A stretch of 38,813 bases of DNA from a virus. Lineage: Duplodnaviria > Caudoviricetes. The position numbers and the translations under genes are program-made. Every line of letters starts with the position of its first letter. Positions within the stretch are counted from its first letter, which is position 1. Below, piece after piece: positions 9,247 through 19,000 of the stretch. Location of the stretch: the IMG/VR virus record IMGVR_UViG_3300005805_006131, positions 1 to 38,813 of that record. One strand, written 5' to 3'. Below the pieces are notes generated by a model. It was not told where the DNA came from. It saw only the letters and a program-made list of their open reading frames with translations, and made no database searches.

Positions 9247-11055
9247 ATGGCATTCCAAAGTTTTTTTTATGATCAACAAATACGTAGGTATATTATTCAA
9301 TTTATACGTATGGTGTCAAACTTCCAAGTTGAATTTGGTAACGATAGTCAAGGCAACAAGACCCTACAACGTGTACCAGTAATATATGGTGATAGCAGCA
9401 GACAGGCGGCAACTATTATTAAACAAAATAGTGAAAACATAATGAACTCTGTGCCTGCTATGGCGGTTTATATCGCAGGTATGCAATACGATAGAGAAAG
9501 ATTACAAAGCCCAACCTACGTGGGCAAAGTAAACGTAAGAGAACGTTATTACGACCCACAGACTGGAGATTATAGCACCACAGAAGGTGATGTGTTGACC
9601 GTAGAACGTTTGATGCCAGTACCATACAAACTTACGTTGAAACTGGACATTTGGACTAGTAACACTGAACAAAAATTACAGCTATTAGAACAATTAAGTG
9701 TGCTGTTCAACCCAGCTTTAGAAATTCAAAGTACCGATAATTATATTGATTGGACCAGTATCACATACGTATTGTTAACTGATGTTTCTTGGAGCTCACG
9801 TAGTGTACCTGTGGGCACAGAAAATCCCATAGATGTAGCTACATTGACCTTTGAACTGCCTATATTCATAAGCGCACCTGCATTGGTAAAGAAATTAGGT
9901 GTGGTACAAAAGATTATAGCCAGTATTTTTGATGGCACAGAAGGTTTAGAAAATGCCCTATTTAATGATGAAAAATTATTAAGTAGACAATATCTCACCC
10001 CACTACAATACGGTGTAATATTATTGGACAATAGTTTAAAGTTGATAAAATATAACGAACCAGTAGTTAACGAATTTGGCATACAAATTATTAAAGAGAT
10101 TCGCGAAGATGTAACCGCCAATGCAAACATTGTTCTAAATAACAGCGAAGGCGTTGAACCAGGTATGCTTATATCTGGTATGACTTTTGGTAATGGCACT
10201 GGCACTATCAGCGGAATCACTAATTCCAATACTGTAAATGGATCAGGTACTAATTTTGAAACTGTATTAGAACCAAACAGCATACTCTATTACAGTACTA
10301 TTGCCTTAGGCACTGTGGCAAATGTAATTAGTAACACGGAAGTCACATTAACTAGCAATCTACAATACAATTTCAGCAATGCTGATTGGGCATATAGTAA
10401 CAGCATTAAATCTGGTGATCCGTATGTTATTAGTATAAACGGCGATAGTGTATTGGCTAGCAATGTTATTACAGCCAATGCTGGTGCAAGTATATTGTTT
10501 AGCAGTGTGACCCATAAGATTGGACCATGGGAGCCATGGAGAGATCTTGTTAACTTATACGGTAATCTCATTAATGGTAGCAGTCAAGTTAGATTAGAAT
10601 TAGATGATGGTAATGAACTAACTGGTACTGTAGCATATAATCCCATAGACGACACTAGTTTATTGTGGACACCAGACATTGACTCAATACCAGCAAATAC
10701 GTTGGATCCAATCACTGCTATAATTGATCCACAAAGCTCTAGACCCAACAAATTTACACAAGTGGTGCCAGCCGGTACTAGATATATGCTAATCAACGAT
10801 TATATTGTTCAACCAGGAGAACAACCAGTATTTAATTGGGTAGGTTTTGACAATACGCCAATAGCCGCTTATGCTAACGATATTATTGAATTTAATGGTA
10901 CGCATTGGGCCGTAGTTTTCAATTCATCTGTTGTAACACAAATAAATTATGTTACAAACCTAACAACCAACATCCAATACAAGTGGAATGGCACTAATTG
11001 GAGTAAGAGTTACGAAGGTTATTACAGAGCGGGCAAATGGCAATTAATCATATAA
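9247..11055 (+). CDS. Tail terminator/sheath stabiliser (T4 gp15-like), C-terminally extended
   Basis: FFYDQQIRRY, RVPVIYG, MPVPYKL..KLDIW, QLLEQL..LFNP. Confidence 0.88.
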   Translation: MAFQSFFYDQQIRRYIIQFIRMVSNFQVEFGNDSQGNKTLQRVPVIYGDSSRQAATIIKQNSENIMNSVPAMAVYIAGMQYDRERLQSPTYVGKVNVRERYYDPQTGDYSTTEGDVLTVERLMPVPYKLTLKLDIWTSNTEQKLQLLEQLSVLFNPALEIQSTDNYIDWTSITYVLLTDVSWSSRSVPVGTENPIDVATLTFELPIFISAPALVKKLGVVQKIIASIFDGTEGLENALFNDEKLLSRQYLTPLQYGVILLDNSLKLIKYNEPVVNEFGIQIIKEIREDVTANANIVLNNSEGVEPGMLISGMTFGNGTGTISGITNSNTVNGSGTNFETVLEPNSILYYSTIALGTVANVISNTEVTLTSNLQYNFSNADWAYSNSIKSGDPYVISINGDSVLASNVITANAGASILFSSVTHKIGPWEPWRDLVNLYGNLINGSSQVRLELDDGNELTGTVAYNPIDDTSLLWTPDIDSIPANTLDPITAIIDPQSSRPNKFTQVVPAGTRYMLINDYIVQPGEQPVFNWVGFDNTPIAAYANDIIEFNGTHWAVVFNSSVVTQINYVTNLTTNIQYKWNGTNWSKSYEGYYRAGKWQLII

Positions 11056-11480
11056 ACACCAGCTGTGGCAGTTTAATTCTATGTACCTCAACCAACAGAT
11101 ATCTTTTCCTATTACGAGATGACGGTAGATATCCCAACACTTGGGGATTGGTTGGTGGCAAGGTTGAAAAGAATGAATCTGTACTGCAAGGTTTGGTTAG
11201 GGAAATAAAAGAAGAATTGGGTGGTGAAATAAAGGGTGCAAAAATACTACCCATAGAACAATATACCAGTGACAATGGTAAATTTATCTACCACACATTT
11301 TTAATCAAAGTAGATGAAGAATTTATACCAACTTTGAACAATGAACACAAAGGCTATTGTTGGGTTCCATTGGAAAATTATCCTAAACCTCTACATCCTG
11401 GGGTCTATAGAACCATAAAAATAGGTGCGAATCAAGACAAACTTCGCACCCAAGAAAAATTAAATCTTAAAACTCAGTAG
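11037..11480 (+). CDS. NUDIX hydrolase
   Basis: Nudix box GGKVEKNESVLQGLVREIKEELG. Confidence 0.92.
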   Translation: MAINHINTSCGSLILCTSTNRYLFLLRDDGRYPNTWGLVGGKVEKNESVLQGLVREIKEELGGEIKGAKILPIEQYTSDNGKFIYHTFLIKVDEEFIPTLNNEHKGYCWVPLENYPKPLHPGVYRTIKIGANQDKLRTQEKLNLKTQ

Positions 11481-12018
11481 AGATAAAAAATAGTTGGAAC
11501 AATCTAGCATTTTCTGGTTTGTCACCAAAATAATCTAAACTCATGTGAAACATATCACTTCTATACATAGCTAGCCTATTATAGACATTACCAATGGTGT
11601 CAACTCTATCCCACTTAGTCATATCCTGTGCTTCATACCCTTCTAAGTCACGTGCATATCTAGCACCATTACCCTTATAGCGATATAAGCCAGTTCCTCC
11701 GGTATGCGGTGCATCTGGAGTCAAGTAACAAACTGCGGCCCACGTATTATTATGATCCGTGTGTATCCAGCTGCGATTGCGAGCATATCCAAGCTCAAAA
11801 CTGCCAGTTAACCCGTCTCTTTCATGCCAATTTGTTACTCTACCACCAGCATTCCATAGTATAGTTTGTAGCGCATCTTTGGTACCCTGTGTTAGAAAAC
11901 TTTTAGTACGTAGACCTGGATAATTACCCTTAACATCATAATTTTGAGTTAGTGCGAATTGTCTAACACCATCTGCATTTCCATAAAAATTGTCTACTAT
12001 AATAACATTGGTTCTCAT
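11467..12018 (-). CDS. 2OG-Fe(II) oxygenase superfamily protein (DUF6445-like)
   Basis: IIVDNFY, YPGLRT, HTD...H triad (WIHTD, MFH), YLTPDAP..GGT, YNRL, RLFQLFF. Confidence 0.8.
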   Translation of the reverse strand: MRTNVIIVDNFYGNADGVRQFALTQNYDVKGNYPGLRTKSFLTQGTKDALQTILWNAGGRVTNWHERDGLTGSFELGYARNRSWIHTDHNNTWAAVCYLTPDAPHTGGTGLYRYKGNGARYARDLEGYEAQDMTKWDRVDTIGNVYNRLAMYRSDMFHMSLDYFGDKPENARLFQLFFISTEF

Positions 12019-12070
12019 ATTTTCCTCACTGATATCATTACTTAGTTTAATTATAATCCAAAATAGAAAA

Positions 12071-12883
12071 TTATCCTTGCGGTAGATTAAACTTCTGCAT
12101 CTTTTTCTCTATCAATTGTTCCAATCTTTCATATACATTGTACAAGAAATAAGGTTTAGCTAGATTATAATTTTCTTCTATGTAAGGCAATCTTTCCTCA
12201 TACCATTCAGGGGTAATATTTGCCATTATCTGTTCAAATTGTTCAATGTTCCAAAATGGTATGATCCCTTTGGGATTGAAGAACTTTTCTATATTTGGAC
12301 AACCATAATATATCGGCACAGTTTTAGTTCTAAAACAATCAATTAGTTTTTCAGTAAACATGTTTGGAAAAATGTGATTTTCACAGGCGATATTAAATTT
12401 AGCATTTTCAAATATCATGTTTTTATTGGGAATCTCTGGCGGGTTACGATGCATCAGAAACTCAAAATCTCTAATTTTACTACTATGTTCAACTCTACGT
12501 AGAATTTGAAATCGCATACGATGTTCCGCTGTTAATATCTTACTGCTCATTAAATAAGTGATTTGATCTCGTTTAGCTAACTGTAATTCATCCACCCAAG
12601 CACTGATACATAAAAATTCTTCGGCGTTAGGCAAAGTTAAAAGTTCAGGATTATATGTCAATACTAGATCAAATTTTTCATGTGTAGATTTTACCATATC
12701 AACAAAGGCTCTATATAATGCCGGTGGTTCACATTGCACTATGATTTTATAATCAGCTGTGGGATCATGTTGAACATTATCAAAACTTATACTGACTCGC
12801 TTTGGAAATGTTCTAGTAAAATTTAAGGTTGATCTAGGGCCATACGCTGGCATGTATCCATATTTCTGTACGGGGTAAGTCAT
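12071..12883 (-). CDS. GT10-like (alpha-1,3-fucosyltransferase family) glycosyltransferase
   Basis: KFNIACEN...FTEKLIDCF..KTVPIYYG resembles the GT10 GDP-sugar-binding motif. Confidence 0.75.
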   Translation of the reverse strand: MTYPVQKYGYMPAYGPRSTLNFTRTFPKRVSISFDNVQHDPTADYKIIVQCEPPALYRAFVDMVKSTHEKFDLVLTYNPELLTLPNAEEFLCISAWVDELQLAKRDQITYLMSSKILTAEHRMRFQILRRVEHSSKIRDFEFLMHRNPPEIPNKNMIFENAKFNIACENHIFPNMFTEKLIDCFRTKTVPIYYGCPNIEKFFNPKGIIPFWNIEQFEQIMANITPEWYEERLPYIEENYNLAKPYFLYNVYERLEQLIEKKMQKFNLPQG

Positions 12884-13692
12884 TTTAAAATTCTTTCTAG
12901 ATACGGTTTAAAATATTCATGTGCACCATCATCATGTTTCCATTCAAATTTGAAATGTTGTTTGGCATCTAAGGTATAAGGAATTTTAATGAGTGGCGAC
13001 GTATCATGTTTGGCATCATCATCAGGTACAATCACCGGTTCTAGATTTAATATTTTTAAAATTTGATTTACAATATGGAAAATAATATAATGTGTGGGGT
13101 GGCTGGGATACCAAAATAGTTTTTTAATCCTCAAATTCGCATCAATGTAATCTTGAACCTTTACATGAGTTTTCTTCTCTTTTAGCATTTGAATCTGTCG
13201 ACACTGTTCATATCTGTCCTGATATTTCCAATTAATCGCATTAGAGTTGTACATGTTTAGAATATCATTTTTGCTGTAACCTGCTAGTACGAGATCCTGT
13301 ATGACTTCTTGATTTTTAATTCTTTCCACATTGCTAATAGTAAAATCATCACTGACATCCACAGTGCCAGCTGGAACCAACGGCCAAAAAGAATGATTAT
13401 ATACATAAGTTAAACTAATGGTTTGTGCAGAATCTTTGAGATATTGCATTAAAAAATCTGTACTGTTATTGCCGTATTGTGTATCTAATGGTTGATAAAT
13501 CCAAATATCTGCACTTTTATGCCGGTCACTAAAGTGCTCCATGTAATCTCTATTATTCCTTATAAGGGTATAATTATGTACATTTTCTTTGATTTCATAT
13601 TGAGTATTAAACTCTTTAATTGAATTTAGCACGTTTTTTATCATGTCGCCTTGACATGTAGCATATAACATTACTGTTTTCTTGTTATTCAT
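12880..13692 (-). CDS. WcbI-like polysaccharide biosynthesis protein
   Basis: YATCQG, DIWIYQP, LFWYPSHPT resemble WcbI family motifs (GNCQ, LFxTxNHP). Confidence 0.65.
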   Translation of the reverse strand: MNNKKTVMLYATCQGDMIKNVLNSIKEFNTQYEIKENVHNYTLIRNNRDYMEHFSDRHKSADIWIYQPLDTQYGNNSTDFLMQYLKDSAQTISLTYVYNHSFWPLVPAGTVDVSDDFTISNVERIKNQEVIQDLVLAGYSKNDILNMYNSNAINWKYQDRYEQCRQIQMLKEKKTHVKVQDYIDANLRIKKLFWYPSHPTHYIIFHIVNQILKILNLEPVIVPDDDAKHDTSPLIKIPYTLDAKQHFKFEWKHDDGAHEYFKPYLERILK

Positions 13693-14465
13693 TAACAGAG
13701 AATTTTTCTACCTGTTATACCACAATTTCCTATCACTTGCCATGTAGTTTCAACAACATCAGTAAGCAAGTTAAATTCGTGCATTAAATGATGCAAAATA
13801 TATTCAATATCCAGCCAATACATACTACTAGTTTCTTTAGTGTATTGGCAACACAACGCCATTAGATATTCCCACTGTATTAATTTCTTTTTACCTACCC
13901 CGTAGGCAACAGTTTTCAACCCCCTCACTCTATCATCATATAAAAAATTATAAGGACGCAGATTCTCCATATGCTGAGCTTGTTGTCTAGGATAGTTTAT
14001 TTCTTTGAGAGAAAGAAATTTATCTAAATTGATATCATTGAAATAATCCAAGTTAAAGTAATTTTTATCAAATTGATATCTAGCACTGATTTTGATTACA
14101 AAATCATAATCTAATATTTGCTTTCTATAATGCTTAAACAATTCAACCAACATGTTAGCTTCGCAATGACTTTTGCTGGTGTGAGTCCTAGATATTAACG
14201 CAGCATCAGCACTTAAATCAGCCAAGTGAATATAATAAACATTTGGATTGCGTTGAGCGAAATCTAAGAATTCTTGTATCTTATTTGCACTTGTATCAAG
14301 CAGCATTATATCTGCTGCAGAATCCAATACTTGAACGCTTTTTAAAGTTTCTAAAGTTTGTTCAATACGCTGCTCATTTGTATAAAAACTCCTAGTAGCA
14401 GTGCCTTTAAAAGGAGTATTTTTATCCAACAATGCACAACTGGTCACTAGCCAAAGCTTTTTCAC
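13692..14465 (-). CDS. Hypothetical glycosyltransferase-like protein
   Basis: VTS, R.EQT.ETL.S, KISARY, DIE motifs; start likely GTG 14465 overlapping the gmd TGA (GTGA). Confidence 0.5.
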   Translation of the reverse strand: MKKLWLVTSCALLDKNTPFKGTATRSFYTNEQRIEQTLETLKSVQVLDSAADIMLLDTSANKIQEFLDFAQRNPNVYYIHLADLSADAALISRTHTSKSHCEANMLVELFKHYRKQILDYDFVIKISARYQFDKNYFNLDYFNDINLDKFLSLKEINYPRQQAQHMENLRPYNFLYDDRVRGLKTVAYGVGKKKLIQWEYLMALCCQYTKETSSMYWLDIEYILHHLMHEFNLLTDVVETTWQVIGNCGITGRKILC

Positions 14466-15430
14466 AACTTGCGATCCCAATACTCAATCATTTCATCCAA
14501 CATAGTGTGGAAAGTATATTTTGGCTTCCACCCTAATTCGCACCTAATAGGATCACTATCACCGCGGAGATATTTTAATTCTTCTGGCCGCAGGAATTTT
14601 TGATTCTGTACTACATAATCCTCATAATTCATACCCAATGCATTAAAGGTATATTTACATAGATCTCTAACACTGTGACTTTCACCTGTGGCCACAACCC
14701 AATCTCTAGGCGTATGATGGTTTACAATAGCGTATATAGCTCTGACATAATCATAGCTATGCCCCCAATCTCTACAACTATCTAAATTGCCTAATTCTAA
14801 TTGATTGGTCAAACCCTTTTTAATTTCTACAGCCGTTTTAACAACCTTATTAGTGACAAAGTTTGTGCCACGACGCGGACTTTCATGGTTAAACAAAATA
14901 CCATTACAGGCATGTATCTTATAAGCATCTCTATAATGTCGTACTAAATTAAATCCCATTACCTTGCTGCATCCATATGGGCTAACCGGATGCATGGGTG
15001 TGGTTAACCTCTGTACACCATCAGGATCAATACTATTACCAAACATCTCACTGCTGCTGGCTTGATAAAATTTAGCTGTTGGACAAAACTGTCTATATGC
15101 TTCTAACATGGTCAACACGCCAAGAGCATTGGTTTTGATTGTAAATGCTGGCATATCAAAGCTGATACGCACATGGCTCATAGCACCTAAGTTATAAATT
15201 TCATCTGGTTTGACTTCATTTATTACCTTGCTGATACTCCATTCATCCGTTAAGTCACCGTAGATTCTAGTGATCTTGTCATTAATATGCATTAAACGTG
15301 AGCTTTGATTTTCTGCTACACTATGTCTACGAACAATGCCATAAACGTCATAGCCTAGTTCTAGTAAGTACTCGCTGAGATAACTGCCGTCCTGTCCAGT
15401 GATTCCTGTAATAAGTGCTCTTTTTTTCAT
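14462..15430 (-). CDS. gmd: GDP-mannose 4,6-dehydratase
   Basis: ALITGITGQDGSYL, QASSSEMFG, SPYGCSK, LFNHESPRRG, LGNLD..RDWGH. Confidence 0.97.
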   Translation of the reverse strand: MKKRALITGITGQDGSYLSEYLLELGYDVYGIVRRHSVAENQSSRLMHINDKITRIYGDLTDEWSISKVINEVKPDEIYNLGAMSHVRISFDMPAFTIKTNALGVLTMLEAYRQFCPTAKFYQASSSEMFGNSIDPDGVQRLTTPMHPVSPYGCSKVMGFNLVRHYRDAYKIHACNGILFNHESPRRGTNFVTNKVVKTAVEIKKGLTNQLELGNLDSCRDWGHSYDYVRAIYAIVNHHTPRDWVVATGESHSVRDLCKYTFNALGMNYEDYVVQNQKFLRPEELKYLRGDSDPIRCELGWKPKYTFHTMLDEMIEYWDRKL

Positions 15431-15431
15431 T

Positions 15432-16142
15432 TTATTTCCTAAACAATGTTTTTTCTGATAGTTTACTATAATTTTCGTTATTGCCGCAATCTTCAGTGAA
15501 CTCTGGTACTTGATCCATTAACATAATACCACGAGCTGCATCTTCTGGTGTCATGTAATAATGCCATCCCATAATCTCATAATCATCTTCCCATTGCGGC
15601 ACAGCTAAATCTCTGCCATCATAACTGGCCTTTTTCAACCAACGATAGGCTTCAGCATCATCTGTTAATATCATACCACCTCTACCAATTGGAATACGTT
15701 TCTTTAATTGGAAACTTACTACATGTAACCCACCTTGATACATGTTTTTACGCCAACGGGTAGCAGCATCCCATACTGGAGTTGGTTTAAGTTGATACAT
15801 ACCACTCCATTCAATATCTTCAAACTCTACCTTACAACCAGCATGAATAATATTTTGTGGGATACTTATATAGGTTCTATCTGGAACAGTTATTGTAGAA
15901 CCCTCTGCTAATTGATTTGTTGCTTGGAGGTATTTAAGTGATAAAAATACTCCATGAGTACAACAATCTACCGCCACTCCATATTTTGCGCCAGCAAATG
16001 CTGCTACTTTAGCTTCAAAGGTATCAACAATATCTCTAGCATCTTTCCAATCATAACCCGCAGCTCGAACTTGATCCAATTCAGGACGTTGAAATTCTTT
16101 GGGTAATTTACCGCTGGGCCAACTATCAAATTTATTTGCCAT
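15432..16142 (-). CDS. DegT/DnrJ/EryC1/StrS sugar aminotransferase, short form
   Basis: FE..A...GAKYGVAV..CT, WDAA, SFQLKK.IPIGRGGMILTDD with the PLP lysine. Confidence 0.88.
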   Translation of the reverse strand: MANKFDSWPSGKLPKEFQRPELDQVRAAGYDWKDARDIVDTFEAKVAAFAGAKYGVAVDCCTHGVFLSLKYLQATNQLAEGSTITVPDRTYISIPQNIIHAGCKVEFEDIEWSGMYQLKPTPVWDAATRWRKNMYQGGLHVVSFQLKKRIPIGRGGMILTDDAEAYRWLKKASYDGRDLAVPQWEDDYEIMGWHYYMTPEDAARGIMLMDQVPEFTEDCGNNENYSKLSEKTLFRK

Positions 16143-16662
16143 AATTATATCCTAATTTTTGTGCGTATTCATACATCTTACTACTGGGTCTTGCTTTAAT
16201 GGGTCTTGCAGGACTACCAGCATATATAGTCCAAGGTTCAGTGTTATGCTTCAAAAGTGAGTTAGCACCTAATATACTGCCTTCTGCCATTGTAACTCCT
16301 GGCAATACTACACTGTTGGCACATACCCCACTAAAAGCCTGTAAATGAATTGGTTCTAATATTTGAGTATCTTTATAAGCATCTGGAATCAAAGGACCAA
16401 TCAATCCATCGCCATAAAACTTTTCAGAGCCGCATACCATCTTTGCACCAACACTGATAAAGCAAAAATCTTTTATAAAAAGACCGGTACGTTTACCACC
16501 AATCACAGCCACGTGAGGACTTATATGTACATAATCCCCAATCTTAAGCATAGTGGTGCAATAGAATCCACTATCTATAGCTACATGGTTTCCTATCACA
16601 CATAATTCAGGTCGTGTAAATTCAGCATTTTTGCTGATAATTACATCCTCGCCGAGGTTCAT
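16132..16662 (-). CDS. Hexapeptide-repeat (left-handed beta-helix) acyltransferase
   Basis: IGNHVAI, IGDYVHI, ANSVVLPGVTMAEGSILGANS, IYAGSPARPIK. Confidence 0.9.
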   Translation of the reverse strand: MNLGEDVIISKNAEFTRPELCVIGNHVAIDSGFYCTTMLKIGDYVHISPHVAVIGGKRTGLFIKDFCFISVGAKMVCGSEKFYGDGLIGPLIPDAYKDTQILEPIHLQAFSGVCANSVVLPGVTMAEGSILGANSLLKHNTEPWTIYAGSPARPIKARPSSKMYEYAQKLGYNYGK

Positions 16663-17069
16663 ACAAATACTTTATCTAATTCCTGACCTTGATATGGACC
16701 AGTCTTATATTCATAAACCACAGTATCTTCTTCCAATATTTCATAGGTGTGTCCACCTTCAAAGGTCATACTAGCATCACCTGGTTCTAAGATATGTGTC
16801 TCTAATAATACATCATCAAGGTCATAGAAGAACACACGTACACGACCTTTAATTACAATCCAGCTTTCCTGTGCGATAACTTTTTCTGCAGGAGCAGGTT
16901 TCCAAATATGTTTATGTGGTCTAAAGGTCTTACCTGCTCCCATACGTAGAGTCGCACATTGCAGAAATTGATGGCTATCTGCTATGTCTGTGCGATCCTG
17001 TATTTCTTCCATTCTATTAACTAGATGTAAAACTTTTTCTGGTTCTACTTTGCTGTATATTTTATACAT
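16659..17069 (-). CDS. WbuC-like cupin metalloprotein
   Basis: PHKH...QESW.V..G...LEPGD...GGHTY...EYKTGPY. Confidence 0.75.
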   Translation of the reverse strand: MYKIYSKVEPEKVLHLVNRMEEIQDRTDIADSHQFLQCATLRMGAGKTFRPHKHIWKPAPAEKVIAQESWIVIKGRVRVFFYDLDDVLLETHILEPGDASMTFEGGHTYEILEEDTVVYEYKTGPYQGQELDKVFV

Positions 17070-18117
17070 GATAAAAATTTCCCACTGATATTTTAGTTAG
17101 CCAAGTATCAAATTGGTTATGAACCACTTCATCGCTGAAGTTTTGTTCTGCCCAAGATCTGCAATTGGCTGGTTCTAACTGATCTACTGTCTGCGCTGCT
17201 TCAACAAAGCTCTTAAAGTCTCTACAACGATAACCAGTAACTCCTTGTACCACATTGTCCACAAACCCACCCCAATCTGTGGTTATAACTGGGGTTCCGC
17301 AGAACTGTGCCTCAGCCACAATATTACCAAATGGTTCACAATAATATGTTGGCGCCATTAGACACTGTGCTTTTTTAAGCAGTTCCTTACGCTGTTCAGG
17401 ATTCACATAACCCACAAACTCAACATGGTCAGGTATTTTAGTGTAACCCAAATGTCTTAGATCACCTGGTCCTGCAATTTTTAGTTTCTTACCCAAATGC
17501 CTTGTAACCTGTACAGCAATATCAATACCCTTGCTTTTAATAATGCGTCCTAGATAAACAAAGTAATCTTCTTTTTCATCACAGAATTCAAATTCGCTGG
17601 GTGTAAATGCATTAGGTATAACTGCATCATACCAACTTGGACTTTCCATCTTTTTATGTAACCCATAGTAATAATGCATTTGACTATAGCTTACAAAGGC
17701 TCTATAGGGAGCAAATACGGATTCTAAACTGTAACCAATGCTGGGTTCAACTATATGTAAATCACTGTGATTCTTTGTGGTAGCTTGATGTGCCCAACCA
17801 TAAAAACATAATATCATATCACCACGTTTTTTACGGCGTGCTATTTCACCATCAGCCCGTGTAGTATAAGCTTGATTAATGGTTGGATCACTTAGAAATA
17901 CCTTATCATGTTCTGGCGGTGGTTGTTCATCGTTGGTAACACATTTCACATGTTCGCAGGGTACTGATGAACTTTCGTGCCCATAGTGTATGATTTCATA
18001 ACCTTTGGGCGCCATATTTTCAATGAATTTTAATACTGCGACATTGAATGGATCCATTCTATATCTAGTATGGGTTATACCGTATGGGTTGGCTAATACA
18101 TGTAGAGTTGGTTTCAT
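17062..18117 (-). CDS. GT4-family (GT-B) glycosyltransferase
   Basis: YLGRIIKSKG, EPFGNIVAEAQFCGTPVITTD (E-X7-E). Confidence 0.92.
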   Translation of the reverse strand: MKPTLHVLANPYGITHTRYRMDPFNVAVLKFIENMAPKGYEIIHYGHESSSVPCEHVKCVTNDEQPPPEHDKVFLSDPTINQAYTTRADGEIARRKKRGDMILCFYGWAHQATTKNHSDLHIVEPSIGYSLESVFAPYRAFVSYSQMHYYYGLHKKMESPSWYDAVIPNAFTPSEFEFCDEKEDYFVYLGRIIKSKGIDIAVQVTRHLGKKLKIAGPGDLRHLGYTKIPDHVEFVGYVNPEQRKELLKKAQCLMAPTYYCEPFGNIVAEAQFCGTPVITTDWGGFVDNVVQGVTGYRCRDFKSFVEAAQTVDQLEPANCRSWAEQNFSDEVVHNQFDTWLTKISVGNFYHV

Positions 18118-18138
18118 AATGTTTAAAAAGTATATTGC

Positions 18139-18145
18139 TATTTAC
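18139..18145 (-). promoter_or_regulatory. Late-promoter-like GTAAATA inside the glycan cluster
   Basis: tatttac in one of the few intergenic gaps of the cluster. Confidence 0.4.
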
Positions 18146-18163
18146 ACTGGGTATGATGCTGTA

Positions 18164-19000
18164 TTATCTTATTTGCTGGTATGGATTTTCGTTGCGTCTA
18201 CTTAGGGCGATTGCTTCCAAAATTTTACTTTTGAGTAAAGAATCTATGGGATGATGTGCATAGATATCTTCCAATACGCCACGCACCTGTCTATATTTGT
18301 CATCGTGATTACTGTGTTGAACAAATACTATACCACATTTAACAAAGTTCTCCATGTCCTGCGCCTTAAAATAATGGTTACAAAGAAACCATAATGTCCA
18401 ACAATTAGTTGGGTTAGCTTCAAATTCATCCTGTAACATTTTCACATATAGTTCAGGGCGTTCTTTTTTCTTAAAATCTTGATCATGGATTAGATAAATG
18501 TCTGGATTATAAACTTCGTTCTCGTAAGTACCTTTATGTTTCCACTGTAGATGTTCGTAGATTGGTTGTACCCAATGGTAATCATTTCTACGATGTATCT
18601 TATTTGTACCCAACATATTGGGTGGACCCACCCTAACTACATCACTATATACATCTAATCTATCACAGCTAATGTTAGTTACTGTGGGATTAGCTTTGAT
18701 AGTCAATTCCATTTGTTTAAGTACATTGATGCTAAAGTATTCGTCTAAGTCTGGGCTAAGGCACCAATCCACATCCTTAGGTATCATATCTAAGTTATAG
18801 TTTCTAGCTATATCAAAGCGCCATGGTGTGAATATTTTTTGTTCAACAATTACGTTGCCTGCTGCTTTAAATGCTTCGTAGGTTCCATCAGTGCTGCCGG
18901 TATCTAAGATAACCCTATAATCAAATTTTTCTGTGTAGTAAAGCCATTTCTCTACATATTTGATTTCATTTTTGCAGATTGTATAGGCTGCGGTTTTCAT
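18164..19000 (-). CDS. GT2-family glycosyltransferase with helical (TPR-like) C-terminus
   Basis: ICKNE, LDTGSTDGT, FDIARN, DLDE (DxD), IYEHL. Confidence 0.88.
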   Translation of the reverse strand: MKTAAYTICKNEIKYVEKWLYYTEKFDYRVILDTGSTDGTYEAFKAAGNVIVEQKIFTPWRFDIARNYNLDMIPKDVDWCLSPDLDEYFSINVLKQMELTIKANPTVTNISCDRLDVYSDVVRVGPPNMLGTNKIHRRNDYHWVQPIYEHLQWKHKGTYENEVYNPDIYLIHDQDFKKKERPELYVKMLQDEFEANPTNCWTLWFLCNHYFKAQDMENFVKCGIVFVQHSNHDDKYRQVRGVLEDIYAHHPIDSLLKSKILEAIALSRRNENPYQQIR

